Source: Sulfurimonadaceae bacterium (GTDB lineage Bacteria > Campylobacterota > Campylobacteria > Campylobacterales > Sulfurimonadaceae). Taken from it: a stretch of DNA of 64,000 nt. The position numbers and the translations under genes were made by a program. The DNA is taken from the NCBI GenBank assembly GCA_050305515.1, contig JBNLFL010000016.1, positions 17,496-81,495 of the forward strand, given 5' to 3'. Under the pieces are notes generated by a model. The model was given only the letters and a program-made list of their open reading frames with translations. It was not told the origin of the DNA and made no database searches. Within the stretch, counting starts at the first letter, position 1. Each line of letters begins with the position of its first letter. Of this stretch, positions 10,730-19,210 are shown one piece after another.

Positions 10730-11292
10730 TCTTCCAGAATCCCTTCGATTTCAATCTGGAGTTTGACTGTGTCGCTTACGGCAACTCCGCCGGCTTCAAT
10801 CAGCTTGTTCCATTTGACACCGTAATCAAGACGGTTGATCTCGCCTTCGAGGCTGAAACCGACGCGCTGGTTCCCCCACGGATCTTCAATCATACCACCC
10901 AATTCGTATTCAAGTTCGATCTCTTTGGTAACACCGTGCATCGTAAAGGTTCCGTAAAGTTTGTCACCCTTGATTTTGGTCATCTTGAAGGTGATGTCGG
11001 GATATTTTGCAACATCGAAAAAATCGGCACTGCGCAGGTGGTTGTCGCGCTTTTCAATGCCGGTATCGATGGAAGCAACTTTAATGTCACCTTCGAGTGC
11101 GGTCAGGGTTTTGCTTTTTTCATCAAACGCAAAGCTGCCGCTGAACTCTTTGAAGTCGCCGCGGACATTGCTGACCATCATGTGTTTGACCTTGAATCCG
11201 ACGTTCGTGTGCGAGTTGTCGAGTTTGTAGGTTCCGCCAAAAAGCAGTACCGACGTAAGCAGTGTCAGTGAAAGTAGACGTGGAAGTTTCAT
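10726..11292 (-). CDS. YceI-family periplasmic (polyisoprenoid-binding-like) protein
   Basis: Signal peptide MKLPRLLSLTLLTSVLLFG. YceI-type pattern (YKLDNSHTNVGFKVKHMMVSNVRGDF...RDNHLRSADFFD). Start moved to the internal ATG at 11292, which has AGGAG upstream; the track start was 11319. Confidence 0.85.
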   Translation of the reverse strand: MKLPRLLSLTLLTSVLLFGGTYKLDNSHTNVGFKVKHMMVSNVRGDFKEFSGSFAFDEKSKTLTALEGDIKVASIDTGIEKRDNHLRSADFFDVAKYPDITFKMTKIKGDKLYGTFTMHGVTKEIELEYELGGMIEDPWGNQRVGFSLEGEINRLDYGVKWNKLIEAGGVAVSDTVKLQIEIEGILED

Positions 11293-11394
11293 AAGAGGCT
11301 CCTGAAATTTGGAATGCAACCATCATATTATGCTTACATGTAAAGCTTCCAAAAGTCATTCACCTGATTGAACAGATAAAGAAAACTTTAATGA

Positions 11395-12090
11395 TTATGA
11401 AAAACGGTTTCTAAAGTGTTTTGCCCCGTCTTTGCTCGATTCGACCGTGTCACTGATTCCCTCGAAACTGAAACGGATTTTGCTCTGTTCGATGGTCTCC
11501 ATCTCCCTGATATGATCGAGGTTAATCAGATAGGAGCGATGAATACGCACAAAATGGTGCGGCAGCAGCATTGTTTCAAGGTCGGATATTTTTTTGGTGA
11601 TATATGAGAAGCCTTTTTTTGTGCGCAGCATCACCTCGCTCAGATCGGCTTTGATATAGTAGATCTCTTCGGGACGCAGCAGGTAGTAGTTTTCGCCGTT
11701 GCGGCTCATAATGCGCAGGTCGCCGCTTGCCGAACGCATCTCGAGCGTCACGCGTTCAAGTGTTTTTTCAAGCTGTTCGATACTGTAGGGCTTGACAAGG
11801 TAGCCGATTGCGCCCATGTCGAAGGCATCAAGCGCATGGTCGCTGTAGGCGGTCTGAAAAATCAATGCGCTCGAACTCCCCCGGTAGCGGAGTTCATAGC
11901 CCAGATCAATACCGTTCATCGCCCCCATTTCAATATCAAGAAAGATCACATCGAAAGGGGTGGCAGCGGCTGCTTCAAGTGCGCCGGGGGCATCTTCGGC
12001 TGCCGTAATGTGTTCATGGCCGAGCGTGCGCAGCATACGTTCAAGACGCTGCCGTGCCAGAACCTCGTCATCGACAATGAGAATATTCAT
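11395..12090 (-). CDS. Two-component response regulator, LytTR DNA-binding family
   Basis: Receiver domain (ILIVDDE...DVIFLDIEM) plus a C-terminal LytTR domain (FVRIHRSYLINLDHI). Confidence 0.9.
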   Translation of the reverse strand: MNILIVDDEVLARQRLERMLRTLGHEHITAAEDAPGALEAAAATPFDVIFLDIEMGAMNGIDLGYELRYRGSSSALIFQTAYSDHALDAFDMGAIGYLVKPYSIEQLEKTLERVTLEMRSASGDLRIMSRNGENYYLLRPEEIYYIKADLSEVMLRTKKGFSYITKKISDLETMLLPHHFVRIHRSYLINLDHIREMETIEQSKIRFSFEGISDTVESSKDGAKHFRNRFS

Positions 12091-13075
12091 GATTGACTCC
12101 TAAGGTAATAAGAAATTCCGGAGGGTCGGAAGCGACGACTTCAAGCGCGCCGCCGCAAAGGCGTTCGAGACGCTCTTTGAGATTTGAAAGCCCGATTCCC
12201 TCTTGAAAATCTTTCAGGGCTTTGCCGTTATTGGCTACCCGAATCGAGCCGTGAGCGACTGAGATACTGATACGAAGCGGTCGGTTTTCCAGACCGTGCT
12301 TGATGGCGTTTTCCACCAGAAGCTGGATGGAGAACTTCGGCACGTTCATCGTTTCCACACCATCTTCAAGGGTTGTATTCAGGGCAATACGGTTGTTATG
12401 GCGGATGTTCTCAAGATCGACGTAGTCGCGAACATTCCTCAGTTCGTCACGGACAGCTATGAGTGCCTTCTCCTGCATCGTGTTGCGCATGAATGCAGAT
12501 ATCTTCAAAACGGCAGCTTCCGCCTTGAGCGGATCGGTGTGAATGAGTTCAGCTACGGAGTTTAGCGCATTGAACAGGAAATGGGGATTGAGCTGGGTTT
12601 CAAGAGAACGCAAACGGCTTTGAAGCAGATGATGGTCGGCCTGCTCTTTTTCATTTCGCATTTTTACGAAGCGGTAGAGCAGCGCGCCTACAATGTAGGT
12701 CAGGATACCGACGGCCGCAGCAATGGTAAGGGCGGAGCCTTTGACACCGGAAATGACAGTGACCGGCAGATGATCAGTCAGAAAAATGGTGCAGAGTGTC
12801 CCCAGAAATCCCGAAAGAAACGAGAAAAAGAGGGCCATAAGATCCCAGTAGCGCTTTTCAAGCCGCGGCAGCAACACGGTGTTCATCAGGCTGATGCATA
12901 CCAGAGAAAAGAGCGTGATGAAAAATCCCAGCAAGGCTCCAAAGAATGCACCCTCAACAATCGGTTGCGCGAGCAGCTGGTATCCGAGTGCCGAGAGCGT
13001 GGTTCCAAAGAGGATGCCGATTACGATGATGTAAAGCCAGTCCTGCTTTCGGATCTCAAGTTCGATATCACGCAT
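12068..13075 (-). CDS. LytS/YehU-type sensor histidine kinase
   Basis: Several N-terminal TM helices, then the His_kinase motif LNPHFLFNALNSV and a GHKL ATPase region. The 3-prime end overlaps the response-regulator gene. Start set at the internal ATG (MRDIELE). Confidence 0.85.
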   Translation of the reverse strand: MRDIELEIRKQDWLYIIVIGILFGTTLSALGYQLLAQPIVEGAFFGALLGFFITLFSLVCISLMNTVLLPRLEKRYWDLMALFFSFLSGFLGTLCTIFLTDHLPVTVISGVKGSALTIAAAVGILTYIVGALLYRFVKMRNEKEQADHHLLQSRLRSLETQLNPHFLFNALNSVAELIHTDPLKAEAAVLKISAFMRNTMQEKALIAVRDELRNVRDYVDLENIRHNNRIALNTTLEDGVETMNVPKFSIQLLVENAIKHGLENRPLRISISVAHGSIRVANNGKALKDFQEGIGLSNLKERLERLCGGALEVVASDPPEFLITLGVNHEYSHCR

Positions 13076-14504
13076 CGAGCAGCCTGGCAAGATTGTGAAC
13101 ACCTGTGACGACACCCGGCCATCCCTGCGCGGCATAAACGGAATCTCCCACGTTGTAGAGTCCGCGAAAGGGGGTGTCGTTACCCGGAAGACGGGGCAGA
13201 AAATTGCGCATGGTCATGGCATTGCCTCCAAGTTGCGAGCGTCCAAGGTAGTGCTCAAACGTTCCGGGCGTCGCGGCGAAATGATCGACGATCTGCGATT
13301 TTTTGATCTCCAGTGTATCACAAATACGCTGTAGAAGGTGTGATGCGAGTAGCTGCTTTTGCTCTTTGTAGGCAGCAGGTTCAAGGCCGCTCCACCATCG
13401 CGCATCCGTATGAATCGATGCGGTCACACTGTAGTGTCCCGGTGCTGCCATGAGTGCATCGGAAGGGTCGGAAAAAGAGACAAAGAGTGCCCGGGAGAGC
13501 GTTTGCGGTACGACTTTTGGAAATATGATTTGATAGTGGTGGGCAAACGCGGCACTGCTTTCAAGTGTCAAATAGAGCATAAAGGCGCTCTGATGGTTAT
13601 CGAGCGTTTCATACCGCTGATAGAAGCGTTTGTATTTCGCATTGTCAAAGAGGCGCGCCGAATTGTAGACGGTAGTATTGAGTATGAGATTTCTGGTTTC
13701 AACAGTGGCATTTTTGCCATGAAGCAGATAGCCCGATTTTCGGACTTCAACGTGAGAAATTTCGGTATTGCGGTGTATGGTTCGCATGTTACATGTAAGG
13801 GCGTCGAAGAGCGTGCCCATACCCCCGATGCTGTAGTGGTTGGCACCGAAGGTATAGCCCAGCGCCAGTGCGGCCGTGAGGAAGTTGACCTCTTCGCTGT
13901 TGCTTTGTGTGACGATAAGCAGCTGGGCGTCGATAAAGTCGCGGTACGCTTTTGAAAGCGTGCCGAAAAAACGGCTGATATAGCGCGACGCCGAGATGCC
14001 GATGTAGGGCGCAAACTTCAGAGCCAGAGGCATGAAGCTTGCAAGCGACGTGCATTTGTCCAGCAGTGAATGTGCGGAGTATCGATATCCGTCCATAGCA
14101 TAAAACTGCACGTTGATGTCGTAGACCAGCCTCCAGAACGCTTGGTTTTTCGCATGGGGATGTACCCGTTCGATCTCATCCAAAAAACGATCAAGATCCC
14201 GGTAACGCGCCACGCTTTTGCCGTTTTGAATGACAACGAGAGCCGGGTCGGTCGGAATGAGTTGCGGCGCGGTGCCTGCGGCGTCAAAAAGCGCTTTGAC
14301 ACTCTTGCCCGCTTCATACCCGGCAAAGGTCGTCGCTCCCGTATTATAGCGGCGCCCTTTGTGTTCAAAAGAGCTGCTGCAGCCTCCAAGAGAGGGCTCT
14401 TTTTCAATCAGCGCGACATCGTGGCCTCTGGCATCGAGCAACGCGGCAATGGCGCTTCCGCCAATACCCGAGCCGACAACGGCGAAATCATGCATAATAG
14501 GCAC
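13068..14504 (-). CDS. FAD-dependent oxidoreductase, phytoene-desaturase (CrtI/CrtD-like) family
   Basis: N-terminal dinucleotide-binding fold (FAVVGSGIGGSAIAALLDARGHDVALIEKEPSLGG) and a C-terminal GDSVYAAQGWPGV motif typical of the amine-oxidase/CrtI family. Confidence 0.8.
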   Translation of the reverse strand: MPIMHDFAVVGSGIGGSAIAALLDARGHDVALIEKEPSLGGCSSSFEHKGRRYNTGATTFAGYEAGKSVKALFDAAGTAPQLIPTDPALVVIQNGKSVARYRDLDRFLDEIERVHPHAKNQAFWRLVYDINVQFYAMDGYRYSAHSLLDKCTSLASFMPLALKFAPYIGISASRYISRFFGTLSKAYRDFIDAQLLIVTQSNSEEVNFLTAALALGYTFGANHYSIGGMGTLFDALTCNMRTIHRNTEISHVEVRKSGYLLHGKNATVETRNLILNTTVYNSARLFDNAKYKRFYQRYETLDNHQSAFMLYLTLESSAAFAHHYQIIFPKVVPQTLSRALFVSFSDPSDALMAAPGHYSVTASIHTDARWWSGLEPAAYKEQKQLLASHLLQRICDTLEIKKSQIVDHFAATPGTFEHYLGRSQLGGNAMTMRNFLPRLPGNDTPFRGLYNVGDSVYAAQGWPGVVTGVHNLARLLDA

Positions 14505-14579
14505 TCCCGTTTTTTTTGTTCCATTCTACGGGAGAATGCGGCAGTTTGGTACTCTGTTTATGTCGTTTGATAGCGGCTT

Positions 14580-15179
14580 TTAATGCGCAGGCGGGTTTGA
14601 AGGTGCCTCAGCGGCGAGAAGCCGTTTGATATCGGCTTCAATAGAGAGCGGCGTTGTCATGGGAGCGTAACGCGCTACGACATTGCCCTGACGGTCAACC
14701 AGAAATTTGGTGAAGTTCCATTTGATGGATTCACTGCCGAGCAGGCCGCTTTGGGCACTTTTGAGATAGCGATAAAGCGGATGGGCATTCGCTCCGTTGA
14801 CATCGATCTTTTCAAACATCGGAAACGTAACGTCGAAGTTTGTGCTGCAAAAACGCACAATCTCCTCTTCGCTGCCGCTCTCCTGCGCTCCGAACTGGTT
14901 GCAGGGGAATCCCAGCACGACGAGGCCCTTTTCCCTGTAGGTCTGATAGAGGGCCTGAAGTTGTTCATACTGGGGTGTAAAACCGCAATGGCTGGCCACA
15001 TTGACGATAAGCAGTACCTTGCCCCGGTAAGGTGCAAGCGTCGTCATGTTGTGATCGATGGTGGTGACTTCAATATCATAAAGTGACATGGCAGGCTCCC
15101 CGGCAAAAATAGAGGTATTGGCAAAGAAAAACAGCAGGATGAAAGCAGCTATTGAACGCTTGAATTTAGTTAACGTCAT
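14580..15179 (-). CDS. Glutathione peroxidase (Cys-type), with signal peptide
   Basis: Motifs NVASHCGFTPQY, GFPCNQFGAQE and WNFTKFLVDRQG are the canonical GPx signatures. The catalytic residue is encoded as Cys, not UGA. Confidence 0.9.
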   Translation of the reverse strand: MTLTKFKRSIAAFILLFFFANTSIFAGEPAMSLYDIEVTTIDHNMTTLAPYRGKVLLIVNVASHCGFTPQYEQLQALYQTYREKGLVVLGFPCNQFGAQESGSEEEIVRFCSTNFDVTFPMFEKIDVNGANAHPLYRYLKSAQSGLLGSESIKWNFTKFLVDRQGNVVARYAPMTTPLSIEADIKRLLAAEAPSNPPAH

Positions 15180-15321
15180 GGTGATTCCAGAAAAGTTTTT
15201 TGATATCCATAGCCTGCAGTGTAGCTAAAATTATACAAAGATTGATCAACTGACACCGGTGATCTTCCAAATGATTGCAATTACAGGCAAACTGTTACAT
15301 GTAAAGCAAAAAGGAGTTCCC

Positions 15322-16770
15322 ATGCGTCCGCTACACATTTTGCTCACCGGAGCCACAGGCTATATCGGGCGCCGGCTCAAATATGCACTCTCAGCCGATC
15401 GTAATGTGAAGCTGCGCCTTCTGGTGCGCCATCCCGAATCGCTCTCAAAACAGCTTTCACCTGACGTTGAAGTGGTGCGCGGAAGCACTTTCGAACCCGA
15501 AGCACTCGAAGCGGCGATGAAAGGCATTGACGTCGCCTACTACCTGATTCATTCGCTCGGGCATGACGACTATGCGCAGCGCGATCGCCAGAGTGCCATC
15601 AACTTTCGTGACGCCGCCATTGCCGCGGGCGTGAAAAAAATCATCTATCTTGGCGGACTCGGGGTTAAAAATGCGCTTACGAGCGAACATCTCTCCAGTC
15701 GCATCGAGACGGGAGAATTGCTCAGCGCGCGCCCCGATGCCATTGACGTGCTCTGGTTTCGTGCGGGCGTTATCATTGGCTCGGGGAGTGCCAGTTTCGA
15801 GATTATTCGCAATCTCATCGAAAAGCTCCCCCTCATGATTACGCCGCGTTGGGTGCGTACGATGGCGCAGCCCATCGGCGTGGATGATGTGCTGGCCTAT
15901 CTGAATGCGGCGCGGGAGCCGGACATCTCGGGAACGGTGATGATTGACATCGGTGCCGAGCCGCTTTGCTACCAGAATATGATGCGCCAGTGTGCGGAGG
16001 TGATGGGCCTGCGGCGGCTGATCGTTCCCGTACCGTTTCTCTCCATAGGTCTCTCGTCGTATTGGCTCAACCTCTTTACGCCGGTTCCCTTTGGCGTGGC
16101 AGCGTCGCTCATCGAAGGACTGCGTTCGGAAGTGGTGGTGCAAAATGACCATGCCCGAAGGCTTTTTCCGGATATCCGTCCCGTACCCTTTAAAGCAGCC
16201 GTAGCCAAAGCGCTTGAAGATGTGGAAAACAACCAGATTATCAGCCGCTGGAGCGATCAGGGCGGCGGCGTTTGGGAGGAAGATCACGGCAATTCCATCG
16301 CCAATGCGGTTTTTATGGATCGCCGCATCGCTTCTTTGGAGGGGATGAATGCCGGCAGCGTGTTTGAGAGTTTTTGTGCTATCGGAGGCGAAAGCGGCTG
16401 GTTTGGCTACGACTGGCTCTGGTCGCTTCGCGGGCTTTTTGATAAGATGCTCGGCGGCGTGGGACTCAACCGAGGGCGACGTCACCCAGAGGAGCTCCGC
16501 ATTGGAGACAGCCTCGATTTCTGGAAGGTCGTCGATATCAGACCCAATGAACGGCTGCTGCTGTTTGCCCAGATGAAAGTGCCGGGTAAAGCGTATCTTG
16601 AGTTCAGAATCAATGACGGCACACTGGTACAGAGTGCCTATTTTCTTCCCAAAGGGGTTTCGGGACGCCTGTATTGGCTGATGCTCGTGCCGATGCATGC
16701 GCTGGTATTTGGCGCTATGATCCGCGGTGTCATGAAACGTGCCCGTTTAAAAGCGGCATCGGCATCATGA
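15322..16770 (+). CDS. NAD(P)-binding NmrA/SDR-like protein with C-terminal DUF2867-like domain
   Basis: Rossmann motif ILLTGATGYIGRRL at the N-terminus. Start set at the ATG at 15322, preceded by AAAGGAG; the track start was 15259. Confidence 0.75.
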   Translation: MRPLHILLTGATGYIGRRLKYALSADRNVKLRLLVRHPESLSKQLSPDVEVVRGSTFEPEALEAAMKGIDVAYYLIHSLGHDDYAQRDRQSAINFRDAAIAAGVKKIIYLGGLGVKNALTSEHLSSRIETGELLSARPDAIDVLWFRAGVIIGSGSASFEIIRNLIEKLPLMITPRWVRTMAQPIGVDDVLAYLNAAREPDISGTVMIDIGAEPLCYQNMMRQCAEVMGLRRLIVPVPFLSIGLSSYWLNLFTPVPFGVAASLIEGLRSEVVVQNDHARRLFPDIRPVPFKAAVAKALEDVENNQIISRWSDQGGGVWEEDHGNSIANAVFMDRRIASLEGMNAGSVFESFCAIGGESGWFGYDWLWSLRGLFDKMLGGVGLNRGRRHPEELRIGDSLDFWKVVDIRPNERLLLFAQMKVPGKAYLEFRINDGTLVQSAYFLPKGVSGRLYWLMLVPMHALVFGAMIRGVMKRARLKAASAS

Positions 16771-17493
16771 AAATTCCGTCATCCATTTTCTGTAGAGCAG
16801 CGGTACATGCTGCCGCTGCAAGCGTTCGTTGCGGCGCGATTCAATAGTCACCTTCTCAAAGAAGAGCCGCCAGAGCTCTGCATAGCGTTTTTCATCGGAA
16901 TCGGTCTGTGGCAGTTCATAGTCATGCACGGCGTGCAGTTGCATGGAATCGTGCGTACGGACAAGCGCTGTTGCGCGTTTGAGATCGTGAATGATGAACG
17001 GCTCCGGACCGAAACGTTTTTTGAAGTGGCGTCCCATCAGCGGCAGGACATTTTGGGGCGGTTCGATACGGGCATAGAGCACTCCCGACACCACACTTTC
17101 GAAACGGGCGAAACCGACCATCTGATGCAGGGTGCCCAGCAGGCGGTGCTCGTACTGTTCAACCGCATAAACGACAGGGTGGGAGAGTGAGTCCAGAAAG
17201 CGGGGCGATTTAAAGCCGAGTCGTATGTACTGCAGCAGTTGCATTTCGGGGGAGAGTGTGTCACACAAAAATGCGTGATAGATACGCTCACAGTTGTTTT
17301 TGCCCAGTTGCCGCTTCATGGCATCAAAAAGCCTGCCGCTTTGCTCCATATCGGTTTCTATTATTTGCGGCTGTTCAAAAAGCCCCGCTTCAGCGTTGCT
17401 TCGCCCGATGCGTTCGGGGAGAACACGGCGTTCATAGCTCTGTACGACACAACTAAGAAAGCCTTCAAAACTGCCGTCGTAAACCCAGAACAC
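16765..17493 (-). CDS. Putative DNA-metabolism protein that partners the radical-SAM gene (DUF4130 / TIGR03915-like)
   Basis: 242 aa, with its start abutting the stop of the upstream radical-SAM gene. This gene pair is a recognised conserved pair. The family call rests on context and sequence feel only. Confidence 0.65.
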   Translation of the reverse strand: MFWVYDGSFEGFLSCVVQSYERRVLPERIGRSNAEAGLFEQPQIIETDMEQSGRLFDAMKRQLGKNNCERIYHAFLCDTLSPEMQLLQYIRLGFKSPRFLDSLSHPVVYAVEQYEHRLLGTLHQMVGFARFESVVSGVLYARIEPPQNVLPLMGRHFKKRFGPEPFIIHDLKRATALVRTHDSMQLHAVHDYELPQTDSDEKRYAELWRLFFEKVTIESRRNERLQRQHVPLLYRKWMTEFS

Positions 17494-18728
17494 TACAGTT
17501 CCCCTCCAAGTGCGCTGATCTGGTCAAAAAGGCTGGGCTGAACGTAGGCCATCGGCTTTGGAAGCGAAAGAAGGCGGGTTTCAAGCTGTTCGAACCTCAA
17601 AATCGTATTATCAAACGTGCGGCCGTCTGCGGTAATGAAATAGCGGGCCCGTTTGAGCGGAATCTTCATGGTTTCAAGCGCTGCAAAGTCGAGCCTGCGG
17701 TAGCGTCTGGCACGTAAAATCTTGCCCACACTGCGTACGCCAAGTCCCGGAACTCGTAGCAGCATCTCTTTATCGGCACGGTTGATCTCCAGCGGAAAAT
17801 GGTGCAGGTTTCGCAGCGCCCATGCCATCTTGGGATCGAACCGTTCATCCAGAAACGGGTGGGTATCGGAGACAATCTCGTCATAGCGGAAGTGGTAAAA
17901 ACGCATCAGCCAGTCTGCCTGATAGAGCCGGTGTTCGCGCAGCAGCGGTGCGGGTGTGGAGAGCGCAGGCAGATTTTTGTGGGAGTTGACCGGAAGGTAG
18001 GCGCTGTAGTAGACCCGCTTGAGCAGGGCCTGATGGTAGAGCGCGCTGCTGAGCTTGAGAATCTGAAGATCGCTCTCAGGTGTCGCACCGATAATGAGCT
18101 GCGTGCTCATGCCAATGGGCTTTTTGCCGCGTTCAAGAGAGAAGTCCCTTGCCTGATGCAGGGGCTGCAATACCTTTTCCTTGCTTTTTTCGGGTGCTAG
18201 CAGCCTCAGACTCTCGGAACTCGGCAGTTCAATGTTGGAGCTGACCCTGTCGGCAAGCAGGCTCGCTTCGCGGATCAGCTCGGGGTCGGAGCCGGGAATG
18301 AGTTTGAGATGCACATAGCCGTTAAAGCCGTAAGTGTGGCGCAGCAGTTTGAGGGTCTTTAGCAGAAGGCGCATGGTGTGATCTTCGCTGCTGATAATGC
18401 CCGAACTGAGAAATAGCCCCTCGATGTAGTTGCGTTTGTAAAAATTGACCGTAAGTTCCGCGACCTCTTCGGGTGTGAATGCGGCGCGCCTGCGGTCATT
18501 GCTGCTGCGGTTGATGCAGTAGGCACAGTCGTAAATGCAGTGATTGGTAAAGAGAATCTTGAGCAGCGAAATGCAGCGTCCGTCCGCCGAAAAGGCATGG
18601 CAGATGCCGCTGGCGTGGGTAGCCCCGAGGCTGCCGTAGCTTTCGGTGCGTGTCGAACCCGATGACGAACAGGAGACATCGTATTTCGCCGCATCGGTCA
18701 AAATGGAAAGTTTGGTTTCAAGAGTCAT
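17493..18728 (-). CDS. Putative DNA modification/repair radical-SAM protein (TIGR03916-like)
   Basis: 411 aa. Radical-SAM cluster motif CIYDCAYC. The N-terminus (LSILTDAAKYDVSCSSSG) is characteristic of this family. Confidence 0.8.
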   Translation of the reverse strand: MTLETKLSILTDAAKYDVSCSSSGSTRTESYGSLGATHASGICHAFSADGRCISLLKILFTNHCIYDCAYCINRSSNDRRRAAFTPEEVAELTVNFYKRNYIEGLFLSSGIISSEDHTMRLLLKTLKLLRHTYGFNGYVHLKLIPGSDPELIREASLLADRVSSNIELPSSESLRLLAPEKSKEKVLQPLHQARDFSLERGKKPIGMSTQLIIGATPESDLQILKLSSALYHQALLKRVYYSAYLPVNSHKNLPALSTPAPLLREHRLYQADWLMRFYHFRYDEIVSDTHPFLDERFDPKMAWALRNLHHFPLEINRADKEMLLRVPGLGVRSVGKILRARRYRRLDFAALETMKIPLKRARYFITADGRTFDNTILRFEQLETRLLSLPKPMAYVQPSLFDQISALGGEL

Positions 18729-18829
18729 AAAAAAAGGGTAGCAAAAGCAGAAAAGAGAGAGTGAAAATATGGCACAACGTCAGAAAAACAGCGTGGAGTG
18801 TTTTAGGGGCAATGCCTTTACATGTAAGG

Positions 18830-18943
18830 TTAAAACCAGATACAGTAAAGTCCGAACAGACCGATAAAAAGCGGTCCGATCAGATGGCCCAGACTTGCAA
18901 CCAGCGCACGTGAGTTGCACGATTCACATGAAGAAGGGGTCAT
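18830..18943 (-). CDS. Small Cys-containing membrane peptide (37 aa), hypothetical
   Basis: ATG at 18943 is preceded by a strong GAAGGAG. Sequence MTPSSCESCNSRALVASLGHLIGPLFIGLFGLYCIWF. Overlaps the 3-prime end of the upstream small ORF by 20 nt. Confidence 0.3.
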   Translation of the reverse strand: MTPSSCESCNSRALVASLGHLIGPLFIGLFGLYCIWF

Positions 18944-19091
18944 GGTCACTCCTTCGATGACGGTAGCTTGTAAAACGTTGTTTGGCTTCGAGCAGTTGAT
19001 ACCCGATCCAGTAGCGGTAACTGTGAATGAAACGCGCCAGAGCAATGATGACCAGAAAGGTCAGCGTAATGAAGAATATATTCATAGGCAT
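18924..19091 (-). CDS. Small membrane protein (55 aa), hypothetical
   Basis: ATG at 19091 has AAGAAGG upstream. One TM helix (MNIFFITLTFLVIIALARFI) followed by a basic tail. Confidence 0.3.
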   Translation of the reverse strand: MPMNIFFITLTFLVIIALARFIHSYRYWIGYQLLEAKQRFTSYRHRRSDHDPFFM

Positions 19092-19210
19092 ACAAACCTT
19101 CTTGGTTGAATTTTGAATGAAGATTATATTCATAAAATTGAATCGACGGTAAATCGTGACGGCGTATTCTGGCCTAAACGTTTACATGTAAAACAGATGT
19201 CGACGAGGCT

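Noticed and set aside
14580-15179. Selenocysteine recoding in the glutathione peroxidase
   Set aside because: The catalytic position is an ordinary Cys codon within NVASHCGFT, and there is no in-frame TGA.
15457-16698. 413-aa ORF antisense to the NmrA/DUF2867 gene
   Set aside because: It is opposite a CDS with a clear Rossmann motif. It is Arg/His/Pro-rich with no domain signature, which is typical of antisense frames in balanced-GC genes. The same reasoning applies to 559..1266, 2116..2790, 8941..9438, 9496..9993, 13359..13955, 17799..18200, 19961..20563, 21996..22532 and 33754..34317.
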